Below, piece after piece: positions 48,750-57,831 of a DNA stretch of 61,140 nt. The DNA comes from a virus (taxonomy: Duplodnaviria; Caudoviricetes). The notes beneath the pieces were generated by a model. That model made no database searches. It was not told where the DNA came from and worked only from the letters and a program-made list of their open reading frames with translations. Each line of letters starts with the position of its first letter. The first letter of the stretch is position 1. The stretch is taken from positions 1-61,140 of the IMG/VR virus record IMGVR_UViG_3300011113_000522. One strand, 5' to 3'. A program made the translations under genes and the position numbers.

Positions 48750-49601
48750 ATGAAGAAATTAAAACATTCAAAGTATAAAAATACCGGTATTCTTTTTGAA
48801 ATGCTTGTTCAAAAATTAACATCTGAAACGTTATCATCAAACAAAACGGTAACTGCAGATATTATTAAAAAATATTTTGGCAGAAATACCGAATTATCAA
48901 AAGAACTACAATTATATAATGCATTGTTAAAAGAACAATTTAGAAGTGAAGCGCAAGGATTAGATTATATTCGTACTATAAAGAAAACATATGGTAATTT
49001 AAATCAAAGCATCTTAAAGCGACAAAAGTATAATTTAGTAAAAGAAATTTCAGAAAAATTTGTTTTTGCAGAAATGGCAAAAATTCATATTCCGAACTAT
49101 AAAACATTAGCTTCAATTCATATGTTGTTTGAATATCAAGAAACTGATAATCCAAAACAACTATTAGAATGTAAAAATGTTGTTATATTAAACGGGCTGC
49201 AATCGGGTAAAAAAATCACAATCAAAGATCCTATTATCGAATCATTTGAATCTCAACCTAAAGAAATACGTTTGGTTGCATATAAACTTCTTGTAGATAA
49301 ATTTAATAACAAATATTCGACTTTAAGTGAATCGCAAAAACGTTTATTGAACAAGTATATTACTAATGTTAACGATACGGCAGAGCTTAAGAAATATATA
49401 AAAACAATAATTCCAGAAATTAAAATGCAACTTGCAACTCAAGCAAAGTTAGTTACAGATAAAGTAACTAAGATTAAAGTTCAAAAACTTTCTGAAATGT
49501 TATGTACGGTTGAAAATATGAAAACAATTAAAGAATCTAATATTCTTTCTTTGTTGCGATATTTTGATTTGATTGATGAATTAAAAGGAGTGCATCAATG
49601 A
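48750..49601 (+). CDS. Head-module hypothetical protein
   Basis: 283 aa between portal and protease; KHSKYKNTGILFE. Confidence 0.7.
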   Translation: MKKLKHSKYKNTGILFEMLVQKLTSETLSSNKTVTADIIKKYFGRNTELSKELQLYNALLKEQFRSEAQGLDYIRTIKKTYGNLNQSILKRQKYNLVKEISEKFVFAEMAKIHIPNYKTLASIHMLFEYQETDNPKQLLECKNVVILNGLQSGKKITIKDPIIESFESQPKEIRLVAYKLLVDKFNNKYSTLSESQKRLLNKYITNVNDTAELKKYIKTIIPEIKMQLATQAKLVTDKVTKIKVQKLSEMLCTVENMKTIKESNILSLLRYFDLIDELKGVHQ

Positions 49602-50278
49602 AATCATTTCTTAAAGAAATTGAATCAAAATTCATAGAATTAGAAGATTCATTAGATACAGATAATCAACAAGACGCTGTTATCGATGACAATGTCGAAT
49701 TAGGTGAAATGTCTGCAACAGGCGGCGTTGCTGGATATAATATTCCAGCTGCATTTGCTAAACCTGGCAAATGGCAAAATAAAACAAAAACTTATGAATC
49801 AGTAAACTCATCGCCGACGTGGAAATTAGGAACATATCAAACTCCGGAAGATGAAGAAGAAGAATATACTGATAAATTTCCGTTTGCAATCGATGATAAA
49901 AAATGGCAACATAAAAATTATGAATACCCATCTATAGATTTAACAGACACGCCAGGACTATCTAAAAGAAAAGATAAAACTCAAAAACCAACTGTAGCAG
50001 AAACAATGGATGCAAAATATGAATCACTTATTGAATCATATCGATCATATGCAACAGGCGATGCAAAAACAACTCCGGAACAAAAAATAAAACATACAAT
50101 AAAAGAAGTTGCAAAAAAACTTCAAGAAATTGAACAAACAATAAACCATGCATCTCGTTTAAAATCAGAATCAGGTGTAGCACGCAATGGATATGGTTCG
50201 GCAGTAGAATCAGCATTAACAAAAATTTCAGAACGATTGATTAAAATATCAGAGCGCGTAAGAGCATTAGGGGAATGA
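49598..50278 (+). CDS. Head-module hypothetical protein (possible prohead core)
   Basis: 226 aa, acidic, several (L/V/I)xE sites. Confidence 0.65.
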   Translation: MKSFLKEIESKFIELEDSLDTDNQQDAVIDDNVELGEMSATGGVAGYNIPAAFAKPGKWQNKTKTYESVNSSPTWKLGTYQTPEDEEEEYTDKFPFAIDDKKWQHKNYEYPSIDLTDTPGLSKRKDKTQKPTVAETMDAKYESLIESYRSYATGDAKTTPEQKIKHTIKEVAKKLQEIEQTINHASRLKSESGVARNGYGSAVESALTKISERLIKISERVRALGE

Positions 50279-50279
50279 A

Positions 50280-50912
50280 ATGTCAAAACATCTAATCGTA
50301 GAATATATACCGTTTAAACCTGCAGGTTCATTAACTGAATCAAATGGTGCTGCATATGGAATACCTGGCGGTTTTGTTGTTCAAGGAGTTTTGCAACGAG
50401 CGGGAGCTAAAAATCAAAATGGCCGAGTATATCCAAAACATATTTTAGAAAGAGAATGTCGCCGGTATCAAACAGAATATATTGATCAACATAGAGCATT
50501 AGGAGAATTAGATCATCCTGACTCGTCCGTAGTTAATTTAAACAATGTTTCTCACAACGTTTTAAAGATATGGTGGTCTGGTGATGATTTACATGGAGCA
50601 GTACAAATATTAGATACGCCTTCTGGTAAAATACTTAAAGAATTATTTAAAGCTGGTATTACGTTGGGAATTTCATCGCGCGGATTAGGTTCAGTAAAAG
50701 AATTACGCAACGAAGGCGTAGTAGAAGTACAAGAAGACTTTGAATTGATTTGTTGGGACTTTGTATCTAATCCATCAACTCATGGGGCTTTTATGCATGT
50801 TACACGCATGCACGAATCAGTTAATAAAAATATAACAACAAACAAATACATAAAAACAAACGACATCATTACATCAATTTTATGCGATGATGGTAAATGT
50901 AGGATAATATAA
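50280..50912 (+). CDS. gp21: Prohead protease (gp21-like)
   Basis: KNQNGRVYP, ALGELDHP, VSH, TPSGKI, GISSRGLGS, DFVSNPS. Confidence 0.93.
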   Translation: MSKHLIVEYIPFKPAGSLTESNGAAYGIPGGFVVQGVLQRAGAKNQNGRVYPKHILERECRRYQTEYIDQHRALGELDHPDSSVVNLNNVSHNVLKIWWSGDDLHGAVQILDTPSGKILKELFKAGITLGISSRGLGSVKELRNEGVVEVQEDFELICWDFVSNPSTHGAFMHVTRMHESVNKNITTNKYIKTNDIITSILCDDGKCRII

Positions 50913-51289
50913 TGAGAACGCCAAATTTAAAATTCATTTTAGAAACAATGATGCAGGATCAACCTAAACCGATTACGCGCGAAGAAAAACAGCAATTTAT
51001 GCAAGAAATAGCAAACTTTTCAGCAATGGGCGATTCCGTTTATGGCAAAGGCAATTTACAAGAATTAGTTGACCGCGTTCGAAGAATTGTAGATGGCGCG
51101 GATAAAATCATGACCGAAAGTGATGATTGGATGGCAAATGTTGCACATAAAAAAGGCAATAAACGAATGCATGAAGATTATCGCGATTTTGAACAAGCAG
51201 CACGCGATCTTAAAGAAGCACAAGATCGAATGTCGATGGCTTATGAAAATATTGGTCAACATTTAAATAGATATTTTAATGTCGGATAA
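50912..51289 (+). CDS. Hypothetical protein
   Basis: 125 aa; NLKFILE leader. Confidence 0.7.
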   Translation: MRTPNLKFILETMMQDQPKPITREEKQQFMQEIANFSAMGDSVYGKGNLQELVDRVRRIVDGADKIMTESDDWMANVAHKKGNKRMHEDYRDFEQAARDLKEAQDRMSMAYENIGQHLNRYFNVG

Positions 51290-51318
51290 TTGGATATTAA
51301 ATTTAATTTTATTATAAT
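51290..51318 (+). promoter_or_regulatory. Putative early/middle promoter TTGGAT-N17-TATAAT
   Basis: Perfect match to the class; upstream of the 51327 plus bS21 unit. Confidence 0.7.
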
Positions 51319-51326
51319 ATAGGTGC

Positions 51327-51806
51327 ATGATGAACAAATTTAAAAAATTATATAAAGAATTTTTCGGATTGAAAGAACAAACGCAGCCAACTACTGGTGG
51401 CATATCAGTATCGCCAGAAAAATTAAATGATCCAAATGTTCAAAGTGCATTAAAAAAAGGTATTAAAGTTAGAGTTGAAGGCGAAATAGATGAAGCACAA
51501 TTAGTTAATAATTTAACTGATTATCAAGGAGGAGTAGAATATATTTTACGAGACCCAGCAACAGCTCAGCAGACCGCTCAAGAAATTCAAGAATGGGCAG
51601 AACGCAAAGGATTTACCGTAATTAAAAAAACTATATCGCCGTCAGGTAAAATTGGTTATTTTTATTTTAGATTGGGTCAAGATCCAGCATTGGAATCACA
51701 AAAGATTCAAGGCTATTTAGCACAAAAACCAGAACTAAAACATTTTAGATTCAATGTTAAAAATCAAGCATCTAAACAAACTAATCGACCACAAGGAAAA
51801 ATTTAA
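51327..51806 (+). CDS. Hypothetical protein
   Basis: 159-aa ORF immediately upstream of bS21. Confidence 0.7.
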   Translation: MMNKFKKLYKEFFGLKEQTQPTTGGISVSPEKLNDPNVQSALKKGIKVRVEGEIDEAQLVNNLTDYQGGVEYILRDPATAQQTAQEIQEWAERKGFTVIKKTISPSGKIGYFYFRLGQDPALESQKIQGYLAQKPELKHFRFNVKNQASKQTNRPQGKI

Positions 51807-51815
51807 TAGTTATAT

Positions 51816-52052
51816 ATGAATAAAAAACAAAAACAACACCAATGCATCGTGCCAGGCAATGCAGCAGCCGTTAATGTAGTAAATCAAGACTTAGGTTTTG
51901 CATTAAGAACATGGAAACGCAAAGTAAAAGCTATCGGAGTTTTAGAAAAAACTAGAGATAACAAAGAATTTATTAAACCTAGCGTTAAACGTAGGCAACA
52001 ACTTAAAGCTGCACAATTCATTCAAAAAATTAAAGATTCGAATGCAATTTAA
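51816..52052 (+). CDS. rpsU: Ribosomal protein bS21 (phage-encoded)
   Basis: V.V....L..ALR.WKRKV...GVL...R....FIKPSVKRR, the S21 signature. Confidence 0.88.
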   Translation: MNKKQKQHQCIVPGNAAAVNVVNQDLGFALRTWKRKVKAIGVLEKTRDNKEFIKPSVKRRQQLKAAQFIQKIKDSNAI

Positions 52053-52074
52053 GTTTTTTTAAAATTATTTTTAG

Positions 52075-52103
52075 GCCCTAACAAAAAAAGTTAGGGCTTT
52101 TTT
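52075..52103 (+). terminator. Intrinsic terminator after bS21
   Basis: GCCCTAAC-aaaaaaa-GTTAGGGC then TTTTTT. Confidence 0.85.
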
Positions 52104-52238
52104 ACTGGTTTTTCAATTGATGTTATATTTATTTTAGAATACGCTATTCATTCTTTATATAGCGTTTATATGTAATTATTTATATTCTATTAAGATTCTA
52201 ATAATCTTATTTCCAAAAAACAAATTTAAGGAGAAAAA

Positions 52239-53309
52239 ATGGCAAAATCGGACTTGCTAAAAGAAGCAATTGCTGATGCGAAGGCTGTTAAAGAAACTGC
52301 TTTAGCAAATGCAAAAATTGCTTTACAAGAAGCATTCGCTCCTAGACTCGAAGCAATGTTGCAAACAAAGCTACAAAACGAAGTTGAAGGCGAAGAAGAA
52401 ACGGATGCTATGGGTGATACCGCAGTAGCAGACACAGACGCAGCAGCAGCTGCAGACACGGGCATGGATATGCCTTCGAATGTTAAAGTTGGATTGGATT
52501 TTGATGATGATGGCAATTGGGATTTAGAAGGAATGGTAGGTGCAGAAGAAGAAATGGGTGCAGAAGAAGCACCAGTAGCTGCCGAACCAGCATCAGATGA
52601 AGAAATGACAGCTGAATACAACGAAGGTTATCATGAAGGAATAGATTTAGATGTAGAATCTATTATTCGTGAATTAGAAGAAGACATGGATCCAACGGAA
52701 GAAGGCGTATATGAAGATTATGAAATGAATCCAACGGAAGAAGGTTATCATGAAGGATATGAAATGGATCCAACGGAAGAAGGTTATCACGAAGGATATC
52801 ATGAAGGATATGAATCTGGAGATGAATACATTAACGAAATTATTGAAGCAATTCTACGAGAAGAAGATGGTATGATGATGGGTCCAGAAATCACAGAAAC
52901 TGAATCAGAAGTAGTTGATATGTTGCAAACCGAAATTGAAGAAAAAGATGCACAATTAAAAGAAGCATACCGTACCGTAAAACATCTTCAATCAGTTATT
53001 AATGAAGTAAATCTTCTTAATGCAAAACTTCTTTACACGAATAAATTGTTCCGTAACTTTGAGTTAAATGACGCTCAAAAAATGAAAGTTATTGAAAATT
53101 TTGATAGAGCTGCAAATACCCGTGAAGCAAAATTAGTTTTTGCGACATTGGCTGAAAGTTTTATTAAACCAACCAAAAAGCGTGTAGTTAAAGAATCATA
53201 TGCTTCACGCCCAACTAGAACAACCGCTCCATCGGTTGAAACAACACAAGTTTTGACTGAAGGTTTCGAATTGGCTAACAGATGGAAAAAATTAGCAGGA
53301 TTATTGTAA
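52239..53309 (+). CDS. Prohead scaffold/core protein (gp22-like)
   Basis: Very acidic coiled-coil protein directly before the MCP; LLKEAIADAK; EVNLLNAKLLY; strong SD AAGGAG. Confidence 0.8.
   Translation: MAKSDLLKEAIADAKAVKETALANAKIALQEAFAPRLEAMLQTKLQNEVEGEEETDAMGDTAVADTDAAAAADTGMDMPSNVKVGLDFDDDGNWDLEGMVGAEEEMGAEEAPVAAEPASDEEMTAEYNEGYHEGIDLDVESIIRELEEDMDPTEEGVYEDYEMNPTEEGYHEGYEMDPTEEGYHEGYHEGYESGDEYINEIIEAILREEDGMMMGPEITETESEVVDMLQTEIEEKDAQLKEAYRTVKHLQSVINEVNLLNAKLLYTNKLFRNFELNDAQKMKVIENFDRAANTREAKLVFATLAESFIKPTKKRVVKESYASRPTRTTAPSVETTQVLTEGFELANRWKKLAGLL
52617..52815 (+). repeat. Coding repeats in scaffold (M[DN]PTEEG x3; EGYHEG)
   Basis: atccaacggaagaagg occurs three times, with repeated gaaggttatca(t/c)gaagga. 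Confidence 0.8.
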
Positions 53310-53341
53310 AACAAAAAAAAAACAAAAACAAAGGAAAAAAG

Positions 53342-54988
53342 ATGAGTATTTCAAACTTACTTCAAACAAATGATTTTGTTCAACGAAACAATGCAAAAAC
53401 TTTAGCTGCAAAGTGGGAAAGAACAGGTCTATTAGAAGGTCTTCGTGGTGAGACCGAACGTGCTGGAATGGCACAATTGCTTGAAAACCAAGCACGTCAA
53501 TTAGTAAAAGAAGCTTCACAAACAGGTACCGCACAAGGATCTGAAGAGTGGGCAGGTGTAGCACTTCCATTGGTACGACGTATCTTTGCTGAATTTGCTG
53601 CAAAAGAATTCGTTTCAGTTCAACCAATGAATTTGCCATCAGGTCTTGTATTTTACCTAGACTTTAAATATGGTACAGCTCAGCCAGGATTTGATAACGA
53701 CAACAACAACAGAACAGGCGATCCATTTGGTTCTCCTAATGCAGATGACTCAATGTTTGGTGTTACTACTACAACTGGTGATCCAAGCGGAGGTCTTTAC
53801 GGTGCAGGACGTTTTGGTTATTCAATTAACGAAACATCTTCACTTGTAACTGCTGCTACTGGTTCAACACCAACCACTGCTCAAGTAAATGGTGATTCAA
53901 CTTATTCTGGTTCAGCTTCATACAGAATGATTACCGTTAATGTTCCTACAAGTGCAGATTTATATGCAGTTCGTTCATGGACATTCCGTTCTGGATCAGC
54001 TAACACTGAAATTACTCCAGTTCAAGCATTTTCAACAATTAATAGCAATTACACTGCTTCATTTGTTGTAACTTCAACTCAAGCAACTGCAATTTCTTCT
54101 TCGATTGCTGCAGGTAACTTTGGTTTGAATTATAGCAAACAACCTACAGATATTACTAGAGGTGATTTTGAAGACAATAAAGGTGCTTACGGAAACGGAT
54201 ACAATACCGATATCGACATTCCAGAAATCAATCTTGAAATGCAGTCTAACCCAATTGTTGCTAAAACACGTAAGTTAAAGGCTGTATGGACACCTGAATT
54301 TGCTCAAGACTTGAACGCATACCACTCAATTGATGCTGAAGCTGAATTGACTTCAATGCTTTCTGAGTATGTATCAATGGAAATCGATCTTGAAATCCTT
54401 GATATGTTGATTTCAGCGGCTCCAACAACTGAATATTGGTCAGCTCGAAACAACACTGTATGGGACGGAACAGCATTCCAAACTCTTGCAGCTGGTACAG
54501 CTACTCCAAGTTTAGGTGATGGATTCTACAACACCCAAGGCGGATGGTTCCAAACTTTAGGTACTAAACTTCAAAAAGTATCTAATAAAATTCATCAGAA
54601 AACATTGCGCGGTGGTGCTAACTTCTTAGTAACATCTCCTGCAGTTGCAACTATTCTTGAGTCTATCCCAGGATTTGCTGCCGACACTGATGGAACTAAA
54701 ATGGAATTTGCTGCCGGCGTTCAAAAAATTGGTAGCATCAATAACCGTTATACTGTATACAAAAATCCATACATGTTAGAGAACGTAATTTTAATGGGCT
54801 TCAGAGGTGCACAGTTCCTCGAAACGGGTGCTGTATTTGCTCCTTATATTCCGTTAATTATGACTCCGCTTGTATACGATCCAGTGAACTTCACTCCACG
54901 TAAAGGTGTCATGACCCGTTACGCGAAGCAAGTAGTTCGTCCAGAATTCTACGGAAAAGTATACGTTCATGGTCTTAACACGCTTTAA
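53342..54988 (+). CDS. gp23: Major capsid protein (gp23-like)
   Basis: LLENQ, LPLVRR, VSVQPMNLPSGLVFYL, AKTRKLKAVWTPEFAQDL.AYH, YIPL, FTPRKGVMTRY; ATG at 53342 follows AAAGGA. Confidence 0.96.
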   Translation: MSISNLLQTNDFVQRNNAKTLAAKWERTGLLEGLRGETERAGMAQLLENQARQLVKEASQTGTAQGSEEWAGVALPLVRRIFAEFAAKEFVSVQPMNLPSGLVFYLDFKYGTAQPGFDNDNNNRTGDPFGSPNADDSMFGVTTTTGDPSGGLYGAGRFGYSINETSSLVTAATGSTPTTAQVNGDSTYSGSASYRMITVNVPTSADLYAVRSWTFRSGSANTEITPVQAFSTINSNYTASFVVTSTQATAISSSIAAGNFGLNYSKQPTDITRGDFEDNKGAYGNGYNTDIDIPEINLEMQSNPIVAKTRKLKAVWTPEFAQDLNAYHSIDAEAELTSMLSEYVSMEIDLEILDMLISAAPTTEYWSARNNTVWDGTAFQTLAAGTATPSLGDGFYNTQGGWFQTLGTKLQKVSNKIHQKTLRGGANFLVTSPAVATILESIPGFAADTDGTKMEFAAGVQKIGSINNRYTVYKNPYMLENVILMGFRGAQFLETGAVFAPYIPLIMTPLVYDPVNFTPRKGVMTRYAKQVVRPEFYGKVYVHGLNTL

Positions 54989-55040
54989 TAGTTAACTTCA
55001 AATAGAATTAACAATTAACGACTTAATGATTTAAACAAGG

Positions 55041-55067
55041 AAGGGTGGCTTCGGTCACCCTTTCTTA
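55041..55067 (+). terminator. Intrinsic terminator after MCP
   Basis: AAGGGTGGC-TTCG-GTCACCCTT then TCTT; UUCG tetraloop. Confidence 0.85.
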
Positions 55068-55096
55068 CTGTTTGTATATTTATATTAAAAGATATT

Positions 55097-55372
55097 ATGG
55101 CAGTAGAAAGACATAAATACGAAATGTTTGCAGAAATACGATACGCCGGACGACTTATCGATGTATTAGATCGAATTCGAGCTATACGAATGGTTTTGAT
55201 GGTACATATAGAACGAGACTTAGGACCCGATAAAGAACTAATCAAAATAAAAGTTATGACCGCATATCCGCCAAAAGAAACATTTTTTGCTATACGCAAA
55301 ATGTGTTTAGGAAAAATTGAAACATTGAAAGATATGACTCTTTTACAATCAACTCTTACAAAATTATTTTAA
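55097..55372 (+). CDS. Small hypothetical protein (ferredoxin/ACT-like pattern)
   Basis: 91 aa with ATATTTAT upstream. Confidence 0.65.
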   Translation: MAVERHKYEMFAEIRYAGRLIDVLDRIRAIRMVLMVHIERDLGPDKELIKIKVMTAYPPKETFFAIRKMCLGKIETLKDMTLLQSTLTKLF

Positions 55373-55382
55373 GGTTATTTTT

Positions 55383-56048
55383 ATGTCTACGCAAAATCGA
55401 GAAAAAACGCCGCCGAAATCTGATGTTAAGTTTTCAATTACATTATCAGAAGAACAAAAACAAGCAAAAGCAAAAATATTAGAAACGCCATTTAATTTTA
55501 TTTTAGGTAAAGCTGGATCTGGAAAAACATTGTTAGCAGTACAAGTTGCATTGGATATGTTTTTTAAACGACAAATCAACAAAATTATTATAACTCGGCC
55601 AACTGTATCAAATGAAGATAATGGATTTCTTCCTGGATCATTGGCAGAAAAAATGGATCCATGGTTAGTTCCATTGCGTAGCAATATGCGCAAAGTTTAT
55701 AATAAACCAGATATTTTAGATAAAATGGAACGAGAAGAAAATATCGAATTAGTTTCTTTAGCACATTTTCGAGGACGTACATTTGATCATGCAGTTTGTA
55801 TTGTAGATGAATTTCAAAATTTAACCAAACAACAACTTCAAATGGTTGTATCTCGTTTAGGAAAAGAAAGCATCATGATACTTACAGGCGATCGATATCA
55901 AATAGACTTAAAATTTGGAAATGATTCTGCAGTGCACGAAGTACCTAAATTAACCAAATCAAAATATGTTAATGAAATCATATTATTAGATAATCATAGA
56001 CATGAATCATTAAATGAAATTTTAAAACTTCTAAACGAAACGTACTGA
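55383..56048 (+). CDS. phoH: PhoH-family ATPase
   Basis: GKAGSGKT, ITRP.V, GFLPG...EK, RGRTF, VDEFQN, TGD..Q.D, NHRH. Confidence 0.93.
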   Translation: MSTQNREKTPPKSDVKFSITLSEEQKQAKAKILETPFNFILGKAGSGKTLLAVQVALDMFFKRQINKIIITRPTVSNEDNGFLPGSLAEKMDPWLVPLRSNMRKVYNKPDILDKMEREENIELVSLAHFRGRTFDHAVCIVDEFQNLTKQQLQMVVSRLGKESIMILTGDRYQIDLKFGNDSAVHEVPKLTKSKYVNEIILLDNHRHESLNEILKLLNETY

Positions 56049-56074
56049 TATTTATATGAAAAAGGAGTCGTACG

Positions 56075-57301
56075 ATGGATTACAGTGTTCAAAAACCGAT
56101 TTGGCCCGGAAGTTCTTCGTTTAATACTGGTAGTACTCCATTTGGATTTTTCGATACAGATGCTACGTTTGCTCAACATGCAGATAAATTTGCTAAATTT
56201 GCTGCGCAGTCATTAGGCTATCCAATTATGGATGTAGAATTGCAGGCTATAAATTTTTATACAGCCTTAGAAGCTGCAGTTGTAGAATATTCGAATCAAG
56301 TAAATCAAGTAAATATTGCTAACAATTTATTTAATACATTGGGTGTACAAACTGGTTCAAGCTTTTTGTCAGGAACTAGTTTTACCGATGCATTAGTTGG
56401 TAATTCGTTTGGATATGTAACTAAACTATCAAAAGCATATGGTACTGAAGCAGACAGTGGTGGTAATTTAAAATGGCATACAATTCGGTTTGATATCGAA
56501 CCGGGACAACAAACATATAGTATACGTACTGCAGTATCAAAATCATTAGGTATTATATTAACTACTAGTTCAGTTGAAGTTAAACGCGTAATACATAATG
56601 CCCCGCCTGCCATTGTAAGATATTTTGATCCATTCGTAGGCACCGGATTAGGTTCTCAGCAATTGCTTGATGCATTTGATTTTGGTGGATTTTCGCCATC
56701 TGTATCATTCATGATGATGCCAGTTCATGCCGATTTGATGCGTATTCAAGCAATTGAATTCAATGATCAAATACGAAAATCTCAATATTCATTTGAAATA
56801 CATGGAGATGATATTAAATTTTGGCCAGTGCCAGTCCGACCAACAGGTTCATCATCTGCAACACCATTTTTTGACAAAGTGTTTGTGGATGTAATATTTG
56901 ATGATGCCAAAACAAACGAAGGCGTGTTATTTGGCAATACAGCACTTATGCGAGGGGTTGTTACGGACGCATCAAATATACCATATACATATCAAACATA
57001 CAGTAGAATTAATGATATGGGGCGTTCATGGATATTTAGATACGCATTGGCGTTATCTAAAGAAATGTTAGGAATGGTTCGTGGTAAATATAGCAACGTA
57101 CCAATTCCAAATGGCGAAGTAACACTTAATGGATCAGATTTGATGTCTCAAGGACAAACAGAAAAAGATGCATTAATAACACAGCTTCGAGAATTTTTAG
57201 AAAAAATGACTCGCGAGCAAATGATCACGAGACAAAATACAGAAGCAACACAAATGATGGAAATTTATGCTAAAGTTCCATTGAAAATTTATGTTGCATA
57301 A
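56075..57301 (+). CDS. Neck/head-completion protein (gp13-like)
   Basis: LGYPIMDVEL; W...YALALSKEMLG.VRGKY...P..GEVTLNG..L. Confidence 0.75.
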   Translation: MDYSVQKPIWPGSSSFNTGSTPFGFFDTDATFAQHADKFAKFAAQSLGYPIMDVELQAINFYTALEAAVVEYSNQVNQVNIANNLFNTLGVQTGSSFLSGTSFTDALVGNSFGYVTKLSKAYGTEADSGGNLKWHTIRFDIEPGQQTYSIRTAVSKSLGIILTTSSVEVKRVIHNAPPAIVRYFDPFVGTGLGSQQLLDAFDFGGFSPSVSFMMMPVHADLMRIQAIEFNDQIRKSQYSFEIHGDDIKFWPVPVRPTGSSSATPFFDKVFVDVIFDDAKTNEGVLFGNTALMRGVVTDASNIPYTYQTYSRINDMGRSWIFRYALALSKEMLGMVRGKYSNVPIPNGEVTLNGSDLMSQGQTEKDALITQLREFLEKMTREQMITRQNTEATQMMEIYAKVPLKIYVA

Positions 57302-57309
57302 GGAGAAAT

Positions 57310-57831
57310 ATGGCACTATTTGGTTCAATGCGAGATGCAAAGTTTTTAGCATCAATCAATGCTGAATTGATTAATGCTATCGTTGATACTGAAATTGAAT
57401 TTTATAAACTAATTGTTGATAACACGGAATCAAACATCTACGGAGAATCAGATTCAAAATCATATTACGATTCACTTTTATTGCCATGTATTATAACTAA
57501 AGACGATAAAACAGCTAATATGGATGATTATGGACATTCATATACAAGAACATTGACTTTTGGCGTTTCTCGCGATTTGTTAGAAAAAGCAGATTTTTAT
57601 CCAGAAGTTGGTGATATTGTATTTTGGGATAATGAATACTATGAATTAGATAACGTTGATGCAAATCAATATTTTGCAGGAAAAAATCCAGAAACGTGGC
57701 CAAACGGCGATAGTCATGGTTATAGCGTATCAATTATATGTAATGCCCATGCAACTCGTCAAACTCCGCAAAATATTATTGATTTGCGTAGAGGCGGTTC
57801 TAATAATTCATTTCCGTATAAAGGACATTGA
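57310..57831 (+). CDS. Neck protein (gp14-like)
   Basis: NIYGES..K.Y; PEVGDIV....YYE; position after the gp13-like gene. Confidence 0.6.
   Translation: MALFGSMRDAKFLASINAELINAIVDTEIEFYKLIVDNTESNIYGESDSKSYYDSLLLPCIITKDDKTANMDDYGHSYTRTLTFGVSRDLLEKADFYPEVGDIVFWDNEYYELDNVDANQYFAGKNPETWPNGDSHGYSVSIICNAHATRQTPQNIIDLRRGGSNNSFPYKGH

Noticed and set aside
52617-52815. Regularly spaced direct repeats as a possible CRISPR array
   Set aside because: In-frame coding repeats with short, mutually similar spacers; no cas genes
53282-53341. N-terminal extension of the MCP in the ORF track and A-rich tract as a possible frameshift site
   Set aside because: ATG at 53342 has an SD and gives a typical gp23 start; the A tract lies after the scaffold stop
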